Part shown: in pieces, positions 1 through 10,893 of the stretch
How the letters are laid out: the number at the start of each line of letters is the position of its first letter
Numbering within the stretch: the first letter of the stretch is position 1
Assembly (NCBI RefSeq): GCF_001194135.2
Contig: NC_068986.1
Coordinates: 69,730,889 to 69,763,171 of the forward strand
From: Octopus bimaculoides
Lineage: Eukaryota
DNA: 32,283 nucleotides
Direction of reading: 5' to 3'
The notes under the pieces: model-generated
Told to the model about the DNA's origin: nothing
Seen by the model: the letters and a program-made list of their open reading frames with translations, nothing else
Database searches by the model: none
Position numbers and translations under genes: made by a program

Positions 1-43
<43 letters not shown>

Positions 44-78
44 CACACACACACACACGCACACACACACACATACAC
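1..78. repeat. (CA)n microsatellite
   Basis: Near-perfect AC dinucleotide run with a few GC interruptions. Confidence 0.98.
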
Positions 79-80
79 TT

Positions 81-115
81 TTGCTGGCCTTGTGCCAAAA
101 TTTGAAACCAATATT
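81..115 (+). mobile_element. SINE family B, 3' tail fragment
   Basis: ttgctggccttgtgccaaaatttgaaaccaatatt matches the 3' ends of longer copies in this window (about 14235-14269, 24760-24790). Confidence 0.8.
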
Positions 116-249
116 AAATATAATGGCAGCATCTTATTTTGCTCAATGGAATACATGGAACAAATATTTCACGCATTCCGAAATCTGAACTTTCTACATA
201 TTTGCACATGCTAACATCTGTGTTTATATGTATATGTTACTCACCACCA

Positions 250-530
250 TCAACAAACACACGCACGCGCGCGCACACTTACATATATATATATAAATAC
301 GCAAACACAGTTATATAGGTATATGTATGTATATATATATATATATATATACACAAATACACATACATTTATATATACATATGTAATGTGTGGGTGGGTG
401 ATGTATGTATAGGCTGAAACGTCCATACACATTTTTATGTATATATACTTATATATATATATATACACATACACACACAAACACACACACACACGCACAC
501 ATGCACACATACATAAATACACATATTTAG
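250..530. repeat. Compound (CA)/(TA)/(TG) microsatellite region
   Basis: Alternating purine-pyrimidine runs; explains ORFs 250..588 and 437..667. Confidence 0.9.
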
Positions 531-802
531 GTGACACATTCCTTGATATCGACTTTGATGAAAAAGTCTTCAAAATAGCTACAAGCAAAATAAACAGGAA
601 CTACGCAATGAATTTTAGCAAAATATTTAAAAGGACGCTGTTTATGTTTAGTAACACCTGTAAGTAAAACTCTTCAACTATTTTCTAAACAAGATGGTAT
701 ACCATAGATATGCCTCTAACAAATTATATCAAACTTTAAGAAAAACAAGATCCCACAATCCAATTTCAGTCAAATGATATGCATAAGTCTAAGCCCTTTT
801 AC

Positions 803-903
803 AAACGGTGTTGGTGTGTTTATGCCCTCGTAACCTCGTGGTTTATCAATGAGACTGATATAATAAGTACTGAGTTCCATTCATTCGACTAAGAAGTTCT
901 TCA
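803..903 (+). mobile_element. SINE family A, internal fragment
   Basis: ggtgtgtttatgccctcgtaac...gataataataagtact...cattcgactaa aligns with the 3' halves of the copies at 4400-4620 and 30360-30550. Confidence 0.65.
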
Positions 904-988
904 AATATATATGTATATATATAAAATATGAGTTTATTCTAAATGACTTGAGATACTCGTCTTGCCTTGGTTTGAGTATATATATACA

Positions 989-1350
989 TACTCTTTTACA
1001 CGTTACACGTTTCAGCCACCTGACTGCGGCCATGCTGGAGCACCGCCTTTAGTCGAAGAAATCCACCCCAGTACTTATTCTATCGGTGTATTTTTCCGAA
1101 CCGCTAAGTTTTGGGATACATAAACACACCAACATCGGTTGTCAAGCGACGGTGGGGGTGACAAACACTGACACAAAGGCACACATACGCGACGGGTTTC
1201 TTTCAGTTTCCGTCTACCAAATCCACTCACAAGGCTTTGGTCGACCCGAGGCTACAGTAGAAGATATTTGCTCAAGATGCTACTCAGTGGGATAGGACCT
1301 GAACCATGTGGTTGGGAAGAAAGCTTTTAACCACACAGCCACGCCTGCGC
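989..1350 (-). mobile_element. tRNA-derived SINE family A, near full length
   Basis: Minus strand begins gcgcaggcgtggctgtgtggtt (A-box-like), then has a degenerate B-box, ccaaagccttgtgagtggatttggtagacggaaactgaaag and an A-rich tail. Homologous to 4256-4626, 29220-29370 and 30105-30550. Confidence 0.9.
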
Positions 1351-1372
1351 NNNNNNNNNNNNNNNNNNNNNN

Positions 1373-1566
1373 ATGTTAGAAAAAGTTAGAAAATCTTTTT
1401 GGTATATAAACATTATATATATATATATATAAAAGATAATAAGAGTGAAAAAACTACAGAAGGCTTGTGTTACATGGTTAAAGTATATATTTAAATTATG
1501 TCAGAAAAATGTTAGAAAAAGTTAGAAAATCTTTTTGGTATATAAACATTATATATATATATATAT
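1373..1566. repeat. Direct repeat of about 57 bp, period about 137 bp, beside an N-gap
   Basis: atgttagaaaaagttagaaaatctttttggtatataaacattatatatatat occurs at 1373 and again at about 1510. Confidence 0.9.
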
Positions 1567-2047
1567 CTGTATACATATTATATAAGTTACACGAACATGT
1601 TTTCACAGTACTTGACTGCATTTGAAATGAAATCAAAATGCAAATATGGCACAATGTCGCGAAATATTACATTTACGGTTCGTGTGCGATTCAGTCTGTT
1701 TCAACATTATTCTAAAATACATCATAGATTTTAAACGGTTGAATTGTGTCTAAGTTATGTTGCTCTAAATGGGGCAAAAAGCAATGATTTAAAGTACTAT
1801 GTCAGCCAGGGATTGATTGCTACTGGCCGAATCCTAAATTTGTGTGCCATGTGTGTTTGTGCGGTGGCGCAGGGACGGTGGCGCTCTTTGGGTACGGAGA
1901 AAAGGATAAATTTATTTATAGTATCCAGCCTTTATTGACTTCAAACAGTTAATTGTATTTGAACAAAAATCGTTAATATATGTACCGTTAGCAATCTAAA
2001 TAAAATAACCACTTAGCACCTTGCCTGTTCTAAATATATGTATCTAT

Positions 2048-2058
2048 TGCGCATGCGC
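2048..2058. promoter_or_regulatory. NRF1/EWG-type palindrome TGCGCATGCGC
   Basis: Match to the GCGCATGCGC consensus in a locally CpG-richer, non-microsatellite patch; function unproven. Confidence 0.3.
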
Positions 2059-2273
2059 GTTTGCGAGAGGTTAAACTGACCGCAAATCGGTATGGGCATA
2101 ATATGCAGAGAATCTCTTGATTTCAGATTTAGCTGTGATTAACACGGTATTTCACCGCGAGTGCTGGTTAAATATGTACCTTTTTTCTTTCTCTGCACAC
2201 GTGGTATTCATTTCAACTCCCATCTGGACATCTGCATACAGACACATATATAAACAAAATAATAAATGCTTGC

Positions 2274-2275
<2 letters not shown>

Positions 2276-2319
<44 letters not shown>

Positions 2320-2503
2320 GTGTGTACGTATGTATTTATATGCTATATGTATATATACATATACATATGTATATGTCCGTGAGTGTGATTATATATGCGG
2401 ACGGACACATTCAGTCACATACACCATGTATTCACATGCATTCATCCATACATATATCTATGTGTATGTGTGTGTGACAGGGATAGATAGATGCAAGGAT
2501 ACA

Positions 2504-2537
<34 letters not shown>

Positions 2538-2580
2538 CATACATACATACATACACATATTGGCATGTACATGAATGTAT
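2276..2580. repeat. Compound (GT)n/(TA)/(TACA)n microsatellites
   Basis: GT run at 2276-2310 and TACA run at about 2499-2555; explains ORF 2117..2680. Confidence 0.95.
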
Positions 2581-2767
2581 ACATATATTCAAAGAAGAAA
2601 CAATGGAGTCTGAAAATTCTCAACTACTGTCAAAACATTGCTTATTAAATTTAACTTCAAACGAAAGCGGTTGCCTGTGAAACTGTGTAGTTGAACCTGC
2701 CTGTTTGTGTATGTATGACATGCCTGAATGTGTTTGTGTGTATGTATGCGCGAGTGTTATTGTCATG

Positions 2768-3660
2768 TGTTTTTGCAGCTACAGCTAAAACATTTCAATT
2801 ACTATTCAGAGTTAAATATTTCCCCTTCATCACTTGACATTGAACAGACATCTATATTTATTGCGTTATTTCCATTTCCATTCACAAAACTTGAGATAGT
2901 CATATATCCTGGCGCCATTACATTGTTTGACACGTCACCTTTGACACTGTAAAATATCTCGTGGACTTCCGGCAACATTAATACAATCGATGCGGCTAAA
3001 CGCAACAATCGATATGGATAAGTTTCTGTTTCATTCCTCTCCTGCTTAATAATCTACCAATAAATATATACTTGACTGACTGATTGATTATTCGTTTGAC
3101 TGAACGAGGTTATAATTGTTACAAGTTTATAATTGCTCATAGAAATCAGTTAATGAGCTTCTTTAAGAGTTTATGGTCTGTCGGTTGGGTTTCACGAAAT
3201 GCTACTCCCCTTAGTAAACGTATTCCTAAAAACTAGTGATTAATACTTTCATATAGTAGCATACACTTTCATCTTATGAACATTTTCGGAATATGACATA
3301 ACATTTATACGTTAACACGATCTATGACATTGTCCTAAATTTCATATGACAATTTCATATACCTGAATAATTATCGTAACGGTAATCAATATGATTTCAT
3401 TTCATGAAGAATAGAGCAATACTAAATAGTATACTAAATAAACACAATAATTGTAAAGACAATATAGACCTATCTTTCGGATGACTACATCGTCTTTCCA
3501 TTGACACTGTTAACATATGTGAAGCGAAGTCGCCAGAACATTGTCAAGATCGAAACCAATTGTACACTCTTACTCTAGTATGCGCACCAGCCATTGAAAC
3601 AAATATAATTTCGCATTGTAACAAAATATAAAGAAACAAAGGCTTACATATAGAGGTCTT
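2768..3660 (-). pseudogene. Possible decayed rhodopsin-like (class A) GPCR
   Basis: Manual minus-strand translation gives, in order: LTVSMERRCSHP (TM3 E-R..P-like), a hydrophobic SILSLQLLCLFSILFSIALFF, RLLRLAASIVLMLPEVHEIF (TM6-like), NNAINIDVCSMSS (TM7 N..IN-like) and LKCFSCSC. Several stops and at least one frameshift. The motifs are short and AT-rich DNA translates hydrophobic by chance. Confidence 0.3.
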
Positions 3661-3695
3661 TTGTTAAAAAACCATTTTGTTTGAATGTTAATCTA

Positions 3696-4222
3696 TGAGG
3701 GAAAATCAAAAATTATCCTCACTTTCACCATAACATATCTTTATTATTGTCACACTGCCTTCTGCGCATGCGCGCTTATAGTTGGTACTATTGTGGTCAC
3801 GTGATCGAAGTTAGAGCTAGATCGCGCCATTTTTCGTTCTGGCTTTACAGTGTAAGGATGGCCCCCTCCACTAACAATGTGCACCAAAGAAGAACAAAGA
3901 TCAGTGATCCGATTTCTTTGGAAAAGGGTTGTACGATCAACAGTGCAAGATACAGTGATTTGCTGGCCAAGAAACTGAAGCCAGCAGTTCGCACCGAACA
4001 CCGAAGCCTATTACCGAAAAAAAAACTTTGTTTTTGCATGACAATGCACGTCCATACACGGCTGCCCAGACAGTTGAAAGCATTAACCAACTGGACTGTG
4101 AGGTCCTGGAACACCCTGCCTACAGCTCAGATCTCGCTTCCTCCGAATGTCAATAACCTAAAGGAAAATGAGTCTGACAAGCAGTTTTGCGGGATTATGT
4201 AGAGTTGACTTCCCGCCCTCAT
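3696..4222 (+). mobile_element. Internally deleted mariner (D,D34D) DNA transposon
   Basis: Left end TA+TGAGGGAAAATCAAAAATTATCC. Translation MCTKEEQRSVIRFLW (3877-3921) is fused to LEKGCTINSARYSDLL...(F)LHDNARPYTA...LEHPAYSSDLAS (HDNARPH and YSPDLAP motifs), and ends with a DYVE-like segment at about 4193-4204. Right TIR is only degenerate. Confidence 0.88.
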
Positions 4223-4255
4223 TTAAATCCCAATAAAGTCGTTTTTGCTTTCCAA

Positions 4256-4626
4256 CCAAAGCCTTGAGTAGATTTGGTAGACGGAAACTGAAAGGAGCTC
4301 GTAGTGTATATATATANNNNNNNNNNNNNNNNNNNNNNNNNNNNNNNNNNNNNNNNNNNNNNNNNNNNNNNNNNNNNNNNNNNNATATTTAGGTGTGTGT
4401 GTCTTTGTGTATGTGTTTGTTCCCCAACCATTGCTTGGCAACCGAGGTTGGCGTGTTTACTTTCCCATAACTTAGCGGTCGGTAAAAACGACCGATAAAG
4501 AAAGTATCAAGCTTACAAAAAGTAAGTCTTGGGGTCGATTTCTTTGACTAAAAACCCCTTTGAGGTGGTGCGCCAGCATGCCCGCATTCAAATGACTGAA
4601 ACAAGTAAAAGAAGAAAAGAAGAAAA
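4256..4626 (+). mobile_element. SINE family A, 5'-truncated, spanning an N-gap
   Basis: ccaaagccttgagtagatttggtagacggaaactgaaagg ... cttagcggtcgg ... ggggtcgatttctttgactaaa ... atgactgaaacaagtaaaagaagaaaag tail. Confidence 0.85.
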
Positions 4627-5039
4627 TATTAAAACAAGCACCTGTAAGACATAAAAAAAATTATAACCCTCTGGTTTTTAATAAACTGGTTTCGTTTATA
4701 GAATAAAGAATAAAGAAGTAAACAAACGAGAAAGGATTTTTTTTTATAGTACATTGATTTGTATATATCATGGTGTTGATGTCAATTTCTAAAACCAGTT
4801 TTAATTATTGGATTGGCCTAAAATATAAAGTTTGAGAGATTGGATAATATATTTTATTAGAAATGAATTTTCTTTAATATATAGATATTGATAAGATAAA
4901 TGTGATACAGTTGAGATCAAATGTCGTCGACTGTCAGCTAACTTAATTAACTATATTAAAATCGGTAGGCATATTGTATGCTTTCTTGTGCCACTGAGAC
5001 ACTTATTCAAACATGATATATAGTTTTGAATACTTTTGG

Positions 5040-5514
5040 CGCATGTACTGTATGTGCAGTGGTTAAGTAAAGCACTCTATACGTTGAGCAATATTAGTAG
5101 AGATTGATATATTGTGTCCATAAATCTCCTCTTTCGTCTTCTGCACATATGATAAAATGTTTTACATCCTCATGAGAAGCCTGGCTTATGTACTATTAAG
5201 GCTAACTTGAAGCTCCTTCTTCATAGTCCAGTTTTTCGGATTCTTTGTGAAGAATGGTCTCTATACACACGTTGAAGGAAGCAAGTTTTGTTGACATTGA
5301 ACTATTTGATAGCGATATTTTGAAACTTGTTAAAGATACTCCAGGCTAGTTCCTAACGTGTAAGGAAGTATTTCTTACTGCCATCAATGTACAAACCAAG
5401 GTACCTGAAGGCACTGACCTCTTTGAGTTGTGTGCCTTTGTTAGAACAGATCGGCAGGTGACCTTCATTTTCATTCATAGCCGTGTATTCAGTCTTCATT
5501 GCATTGAGCAAAGC
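5040..5514 (-). mobile_element. Non-LTR retrotransposon (RTE-like LINE) reverse transcriptase C-terminal remnant
   Basis: Minus translation: LLNAMKTEYTAMNENEGHLPICSNKGTQLKEVSAFRYLGLYIDGSKKYFLTR*ELAW ... TCV-ETIL..SE.WTMKKELQVSLNST*ARLLMRM*NI...KTKEEIYG. This matches the RTE-type LNxxKTE / FKYLG / ILLYGSETW / TRLLMR pattern, with stops and frameshifts. Confidence 0.85.
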
Positions 5515-5519
5515 GATCG

Positions 5520-5560
5520 CGCGCACTCACTCACACACACGCACACACGTACATACGTAC

Positions 5561-5591
<31 letters not shown>

Positions 5592-5645
5592 TGTATGTAT
5601 GTATGTATGTATGTATGTATGCATGTATGTATGTATGTATGCGTG
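5520..5645. repeat. (CA)n plus (GTAT)n microsatellite
   Basis: Long tetranucleotide run that truncates the LINE remnant. Confidence 0.95.
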
Positions 5646-5897
5646 TACAGTTAGTTAGTCTTCTTTGCAATATTTCTGAATGGGAAGAAGACTGTCTACC
5701 TTAAATGCACGTCATTAGAGACTAAGTGTAATTAAAATATAGAAGCAATAATAGGCAACCAAGTGCTATTGTATTGCAATATATGTCTCATGTACTGCAT
5801 TCTACGTTTTATATATTGCAATCTCCATCAGATGTACAGCACATTGTCATATGAACTGTGCTCTGTCTCATGTATACTTCATTTATGTTAGATATGT

Positions 5898-6211
5898 GGA
5901 GGCGCATGGCTTAGTGGTCAAGTCATTCGGCTCACGACCTGAGTTCGTTATCAAGCAGCACGTTGTGTCCTTTAGCAAGACACTTTATTTCCCGTTGCTC
6001 CAGTCCACTCAACTGGCAAAATTGATTAGCACCTGTATTTCAAAAGGTCAGCTTTGTCACATTCTGTATCACGCTGAATATCCTCGAGAACTGCGTTAAA
6101 GTTACTCGTGTATGTGGAGTGCTCAGTCACTTGCACGTTAATTTCAAAAGCAGGCTGTTCCGTTGACTGAATCAACTGGAAAACTCATCGTTGTAACCGA
6201 CAGAATGCGCC
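5898..6211 (+). mobile_element. tRNA-derived SINE family C
   Basis: A-box tggcttagtgg, B-box-like gagttcgtt, then ttgtgtcctttagcaagacactttatttcccgttgctccagtccactca; colinear with 6836-7160 and 13430-13624. Confidence 0.85.
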
Positions 6212-6835
6212 CTACGTCAGATATATTACGCTCTACATCATATGTATTAAGCTCTACGTTATATTTAGTGCAGTCAGTGTCAGATACACAATATTCTTCT
6301 GCGTTACCTATTTATAATTTTGTTAAAGAAATTGGAATGTCATCTATATGTATTTTGATGAAAGTGCATTGACTACCACAATATTTGACGTCTTTAGATC
6401 AAATGCTTGTTATACTTACGAGCAGACTAATAGTACGCTCATAACTGGTCTAGTATTATGTTTATGACCAGGCATATTCATTACGTCTCTGACTAGGTTA
6501 ACTCGACATGGTTGCACACTTTTCCAATTCTTCTGACCAGAGTGCATTAAGAAGGATATGTCACCTCACTGAACGAAATTCAGCAAGGCTGTTCTACTGC
6601 ATTGAACTATATCAGGTTCTATCTATCCCTGGGCAGTTGCAGACCATATATCAGATGCAGTGCTTTCTTTTTATGAGATGGAGATACAAAAATAGATCAT
6701 CGTCAAGACAGGTCTGATATATACATGAATATACGTAAGAAACATACGTCTATGTATGTGTGTGCATGAATGTATGAATGCATGTGCGTATGTATATACA
6801 TATGCATGCATGTAAATACACATGTACATACATGT

Positions 6836-7160
6836 GAAGGCGCATGCTTTAAAGGGTTCTCGGCCTCACGATCGTAAAGATGTGAATTCGATTCCCGCCT
6901 GCGCATTGTATCCTTGCGCAAAACACTTCATTTCACGTTGCTCCAGTCCAAGTAGCGGATAAAAATAAATAGTACCTGTATTTCAAAGGACCAGCCTTGG
7001 CACATTTTGTATCACGCTGAATCTCCGTGAGAACTACGTTAAGGGTACTACAGAGTGTCTGTAGAGTGCTCAGTCACTTGCAAGTTAATTTCACGAGCAG
7101 GCAGCTCCAGTGATCGAATCAACTGGAACCCTAGTCGTCGTAACCAACGGAGTGCCAGTT
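6836..7160 (+). mobile_element. tRNA-derived SINE family C
   Basis: Colinear with 5898-6211 (cacgctgaatctcc..gagaactacgttaagggt...gtgctcagtcacttgca...gtcgtcgtaacc). Confidence 0.85.
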
Positions 7161-7164
7161 ATAT

Positions 7165-7190
7165 GCATGTATATATATATATATATATAG

Positions 7191-7253
<63 letters not shown>

Positions 7254-7305
7254 CACATATATATACACATACATGTATGTATGTATGTATGTATGTATGT
7301 ATATG
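7165..7305. repeat. (TA)/(GATA)/(GA)/(GTAT) compound microsatellite
   Basis: Direct inspection. Confidence 0.95.
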
Positions 7306-7958
7306 CATGAGCTTCTGCGTGTTAGATAAACAGTAACAAAGATATAAATTGATATGTACATTAAGATTTATTTGGGCTTATAATTGAAGGAATAAACTAT
7401 GGTAATGTGCAGCAGTTGCAACTTTTAGTTTGTAGCCTGCATATTCTGCAGGGTGAGCAATTTTGAATTACGTTCTCTTTGCTATGGGAAATCTATTTGT
7501 GGGTGTAAGAAAATAGAGAAATTCTAATGAAAATGTGGGTTAACATTAATAATGATGTACACACTTTCATAAGCGCAAATACAGACAGTCACCACATACA
7601 TACATACACACACCTAGATATACACAGACACATGCGCGCGCACACAAACGGATACATGAAATATTAAATAAACAAAATTCTGTTTCTGGGTAGATACAAT
7701 GAAGAGTGAAATGCTGGTGTCGATCTCCGGGGGCAATAATAAAACATCAGCATCTGTAAAACAACAGCAGACGCAGACTGATTTAGAGAAGCGAGAGGAA
7801 TAGAGAACGGAAAAAGGATAAATAAAACTAATTAAAGTCAACGAGGAACGGGAAAATATTTTAATGGCGTTTGTGGTTATCTAATTTGGTAGAAGCCGCT
7901 TGGTGTGAGGGGATTGCAGAGGCACTGTTTTGCCTTGAATAGAAAAAAAAATTGCAGT

Positions 7959-7975
7959 AAGATGGCGAGGTAAGA
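7959..7975 (+). promoter_or_regulatory. AAGATGGCG (YY1/Kozak-like start) followed by splice donor AG|GTAAGA; candidate first coding mini-exon
   Basis: Sequence gtaagATGGCGAG|gtaaga inside a repeat-free block (about 7680-8480). No transcript evidence. Confidence 0.3.
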
Positions 7976-8594
7976 AATAGAAGGAAGCAAATGATTATAT
8001 TCTTTGCTTCGTTCGGAAGGGGGTAGGAAAAAAAACAAAGGAGTAAGAGATGTACAGTTGGCGATTATTGTCTCTGCGTCATTAACAGAGAGCAGGAAGA
8101 GAGTATTACAGTTCGTCACTGCTTCGTTATAAAGAAATGACAAATTCCCTAATGTCTGGGAAATAATATGGAAAACAACAGTTGTAAATTTCGTGTAAAT
8201 ATTCGGAGGTAAAAATAACAGATGGGATTGGAATTTGAAGATAAATTATTAAATAAACACGAGAATGAATGAATTACAGAATGAAAGAGCGAACGAATAA
8301 GCAGCCTTTACAATAGACATATGAGGGGATCGAATAGAATGATTGCCGAATTCGGTCAGTGACGCTTTTGAAAGCTGCTAATAACAACAGACTCTTGAAG
8401 GCAGCCATCTAGAGGGAGGGGTAGACGGGACAATACGGCAGAGAAAATAAACAAATTGCAGGCATTGCGAAAAGATTAAACAGACTGAAAAAGAGGTACG
8501 AAAATAAAAGTATGATAGAAGTCTAAGACCGGAAGAAAGGTAATGGGGTTGAGGATAAAAGATAAAAACCGACACAGTTGACCGAGAGAACACG

Positions 8595-8685
8595 CACGTA
8601 CACACACAAGCATACATAGTTTGTACATAAAACATACATACATACATACATACACACTCAAACATGCGTGTGTGTGTGTGCGCGG
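8595..8685. repeat. (CA)/(TACA)/(GT) microsatellite cluster
   Basis: Direct inspection. Confidence 0.85.
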
Positions 8686-9312
8686 AGACACAAAGAAGCA
8701 TGGAATTAAAGATAGCTTAGTAGAAAGGTATAGGTAGGATGTTAAATACATAGAGACTACATGTAGTGTAACTTCTATAATACAGTCTTTGTATTTTCGG
8801 AGCGAAGATATGACATTTATACGTACTGTAAAGTGGATGTACAGGCCATGACAGATCGGATTAAAACAAATGTTTAGTCTGATCGGCATAAAAAAAGAAT
8901 GCTTTAGCAGATAAAATATGCATTTGATTATTAGCAATATTCTGCAAGTAGGAGCTAATGAAAATATATGTTCCATTAAGTTAGAGCGTTATAAACAAAT
9001 CATTATTGATTATTTACTGTCTCGTTTTACAATATGTCAATAATTAAGGTCATCGTGAAATCGCAAGACTTCGGATTATTTTTATAAACAGTGATTTTAT
9101 GAATTGCTCTTTACCAATACCAATTGGTATAAAAGAAATTTTATAATCAGGTTAGAGGATCTGCGGGTTTTGAAGCATTTCACTGACTACAAATGATGTT
9201 TTCCTTTTCCATTCCTAAATAGCTACGAAGTTCGTTCAAAAAATATCCGACTTCATTTTTCCCCACGCTGAAAACTAATGCGCATGCGTGAAAATTTACG
9301 TAATCTACTCTA

Positions 9313-9438
9313 GGTACAAGGCTTGAAGCTTTTGGTGAAGGGGCCAATCGATTAGATCGACCCCCAGTACGCAACTGGTACTTAATTTATCGACCCCCGT
9401 AAGGATAAAAGGCAAAGTCGACCTCGGCGGAATTTGAA
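9313..9438 (-). mobile_element. SINE family B, 3' two-thirds
   Basis: Reverse complement of ttcaaattccgccgaggtcgactttgcc...gtcgataaattaagtaccagttgcgtactgggggtcgatctaatcgat. Confidence 0.85.
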
Positions 9439-9584
9439 AGTGCTCGTAAATATTAAAACTACCACAATGTTTTTTTTACGATTAAATCTTAATATTTCAT
9501 CAAATTAGTTTTATTATTTCATTTCTTGATATATTATGAAATTTAGTGAAAATAAACTACACTCAGTGTAACAATAAATCGGTA

Positions 9585-9742
9585 TATGCTTAGCGGCATA
9601 TTGTGCGTCCTTACGTTCCGAGTTCAAATTCCGCTGAGATCGACATTGCCTTTCCTCCCTTCGTGGTTGATGAAATAAGTATCACTCGAGCACTGGGATC
9701 AATGTAATCGACTATTTCCCCCACTCCCGGTCCAAGAATTTC

Positions 9743-9745
<3 letters not shown>
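9585..9745 (+). mobile_element. SINE family B
   Basis: atgcttagcggcat...gagttcaaattccgctgagatcgacattgcc...gagcactgggatcaatgtaatcgact. Confidence 0.8.
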
Positions 9746-9775
<30 letters not shown>

Positions 9776-9826
9776 NNNNNNNNNNNNNNNNNNNNNNNNN
9801 NNNNNNNNNNNNNNNNNNNNNNNNNN

Positions 9827-9862
<36 letters not shown>

Positions 9863-9965
9863 CATACACACACACGCGCGCGCACAAGCATACGCAGATG
9901 CACACACATGCATGTACACACAAACACATACATACATACATACATACATACATACATACATACAT
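9745..9965. repeat. (CT)n / gap / (TA)n / (CA) / (CATA)n microsatellites
   Basis: Flank the N-gap at 9776-9826. Confidence 0.95.
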
Positions 9966-10431
9966 AATATTGCACCGGTTTTCCCTTAAATGTTTCAAGT
10001 TTATGAATGTATTTATATAAATAAAAAAAATTTACTTTTAAAGAGGTTACATAATTTTCTGGCTGAAAGCACAAAACAAACCAATCAGGATATCAAAAAT
10101 AGTTTGACTGTATATGCCAACGAAAAATCTGCAAGGTAATATATGTTTATATTGAACATAGAATACATAGAATTTTTTTGAAGATTCAATGTATTCTATG
10201 AATATACTTTATCTGAAATGCAATGTCTCATAACTAAACCTTTGGTAATTTTAGTTCTGCAGCTCGAAATCTATAAACGTTAGCAAGCACTGAAGTGAAG
10301 AAATTATACACCGCTACACAAAAATAGGAATCTGCGTGGTTGCAAAATAAGTATGCTTAAATGAAAACCATTCATAACGATAATACTACTACTAATAATA
10401 ATAATAGTAACAACAACAACAAATAACACTA

Positions 10432-10639
10432 ATGGCTTCAAAGTTTGGCACAAGGTCAGCAACTTCGGGTGGAGGAGATAAATCAATTACATCAATCCCT
10501 GGTATTTCTTTTATCGACCTGTAAAGGATGAAAGGCAAAGTCGATCTCGACGGAGTTTGGACTCGGAGAGTGAAGTTGGACAAAATGCCGCTAATAAATT
10601 TCTCCTGCGTGCTAACAATTCTGCGAGCACACCACCTCC

Positions 10640-10640
<1 letters not shown>
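10432..10640 (-). mobile_element. SINE family B, full length
   Basis: Head ggaggtggtgtgctcgcagaattgttagcacgc, core gtcgataaaag, tail ccttgtgccaaactttgaagccatta, then an (ATT)-type tail. Confidence 0.85.
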
Positions 10641-10820
<180 letters not shown>

Positions 10821-10893
10821 AGGCTATGAGTCATTTTTCAGGACATTTTCCAAATCTAAGCTAAGCGAAGGATTTTAGGTTGTTTGTATGCCA

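Noticed and set aside
2779-2840. Plus-strand TAKTFQLLFRVKYFP resembling a FERM-domain FRVKFY motif after an acceptor
   Set aside because: Stop after 18 codons and no usable donor; likely chance.
4172-4222. Clean right TIR of the mariner
   Set aside because: Only patchy similarity to the left end, so the right boundary is approximate.
5898-5960. tRNA-like sequences at SINE heads (also 1290-1350, 14054-14130, 29220-29290)
   Set aside because: Only A- and B-boxes are present, no full cloverleaf, and each continues into a SINE body, so these are not tRNA genes.
6212-6720. Non-repeat block between two SINE C copies with 60-70 aa ORFs
   Set aside because: No recognisable motif in the frames I translated; could be old LINE debris but cannot be supported.
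8476-8976. 166-aa minus-strand ORF
   Set aside because: Runs through a microsatellite and has AT-biased composition with no domain signature.
9279-9288. Third NRF1-like TGCGCATGCG
   Set aside because: Isolated, imperfect and next to a SINE, with no supporting promoter context.
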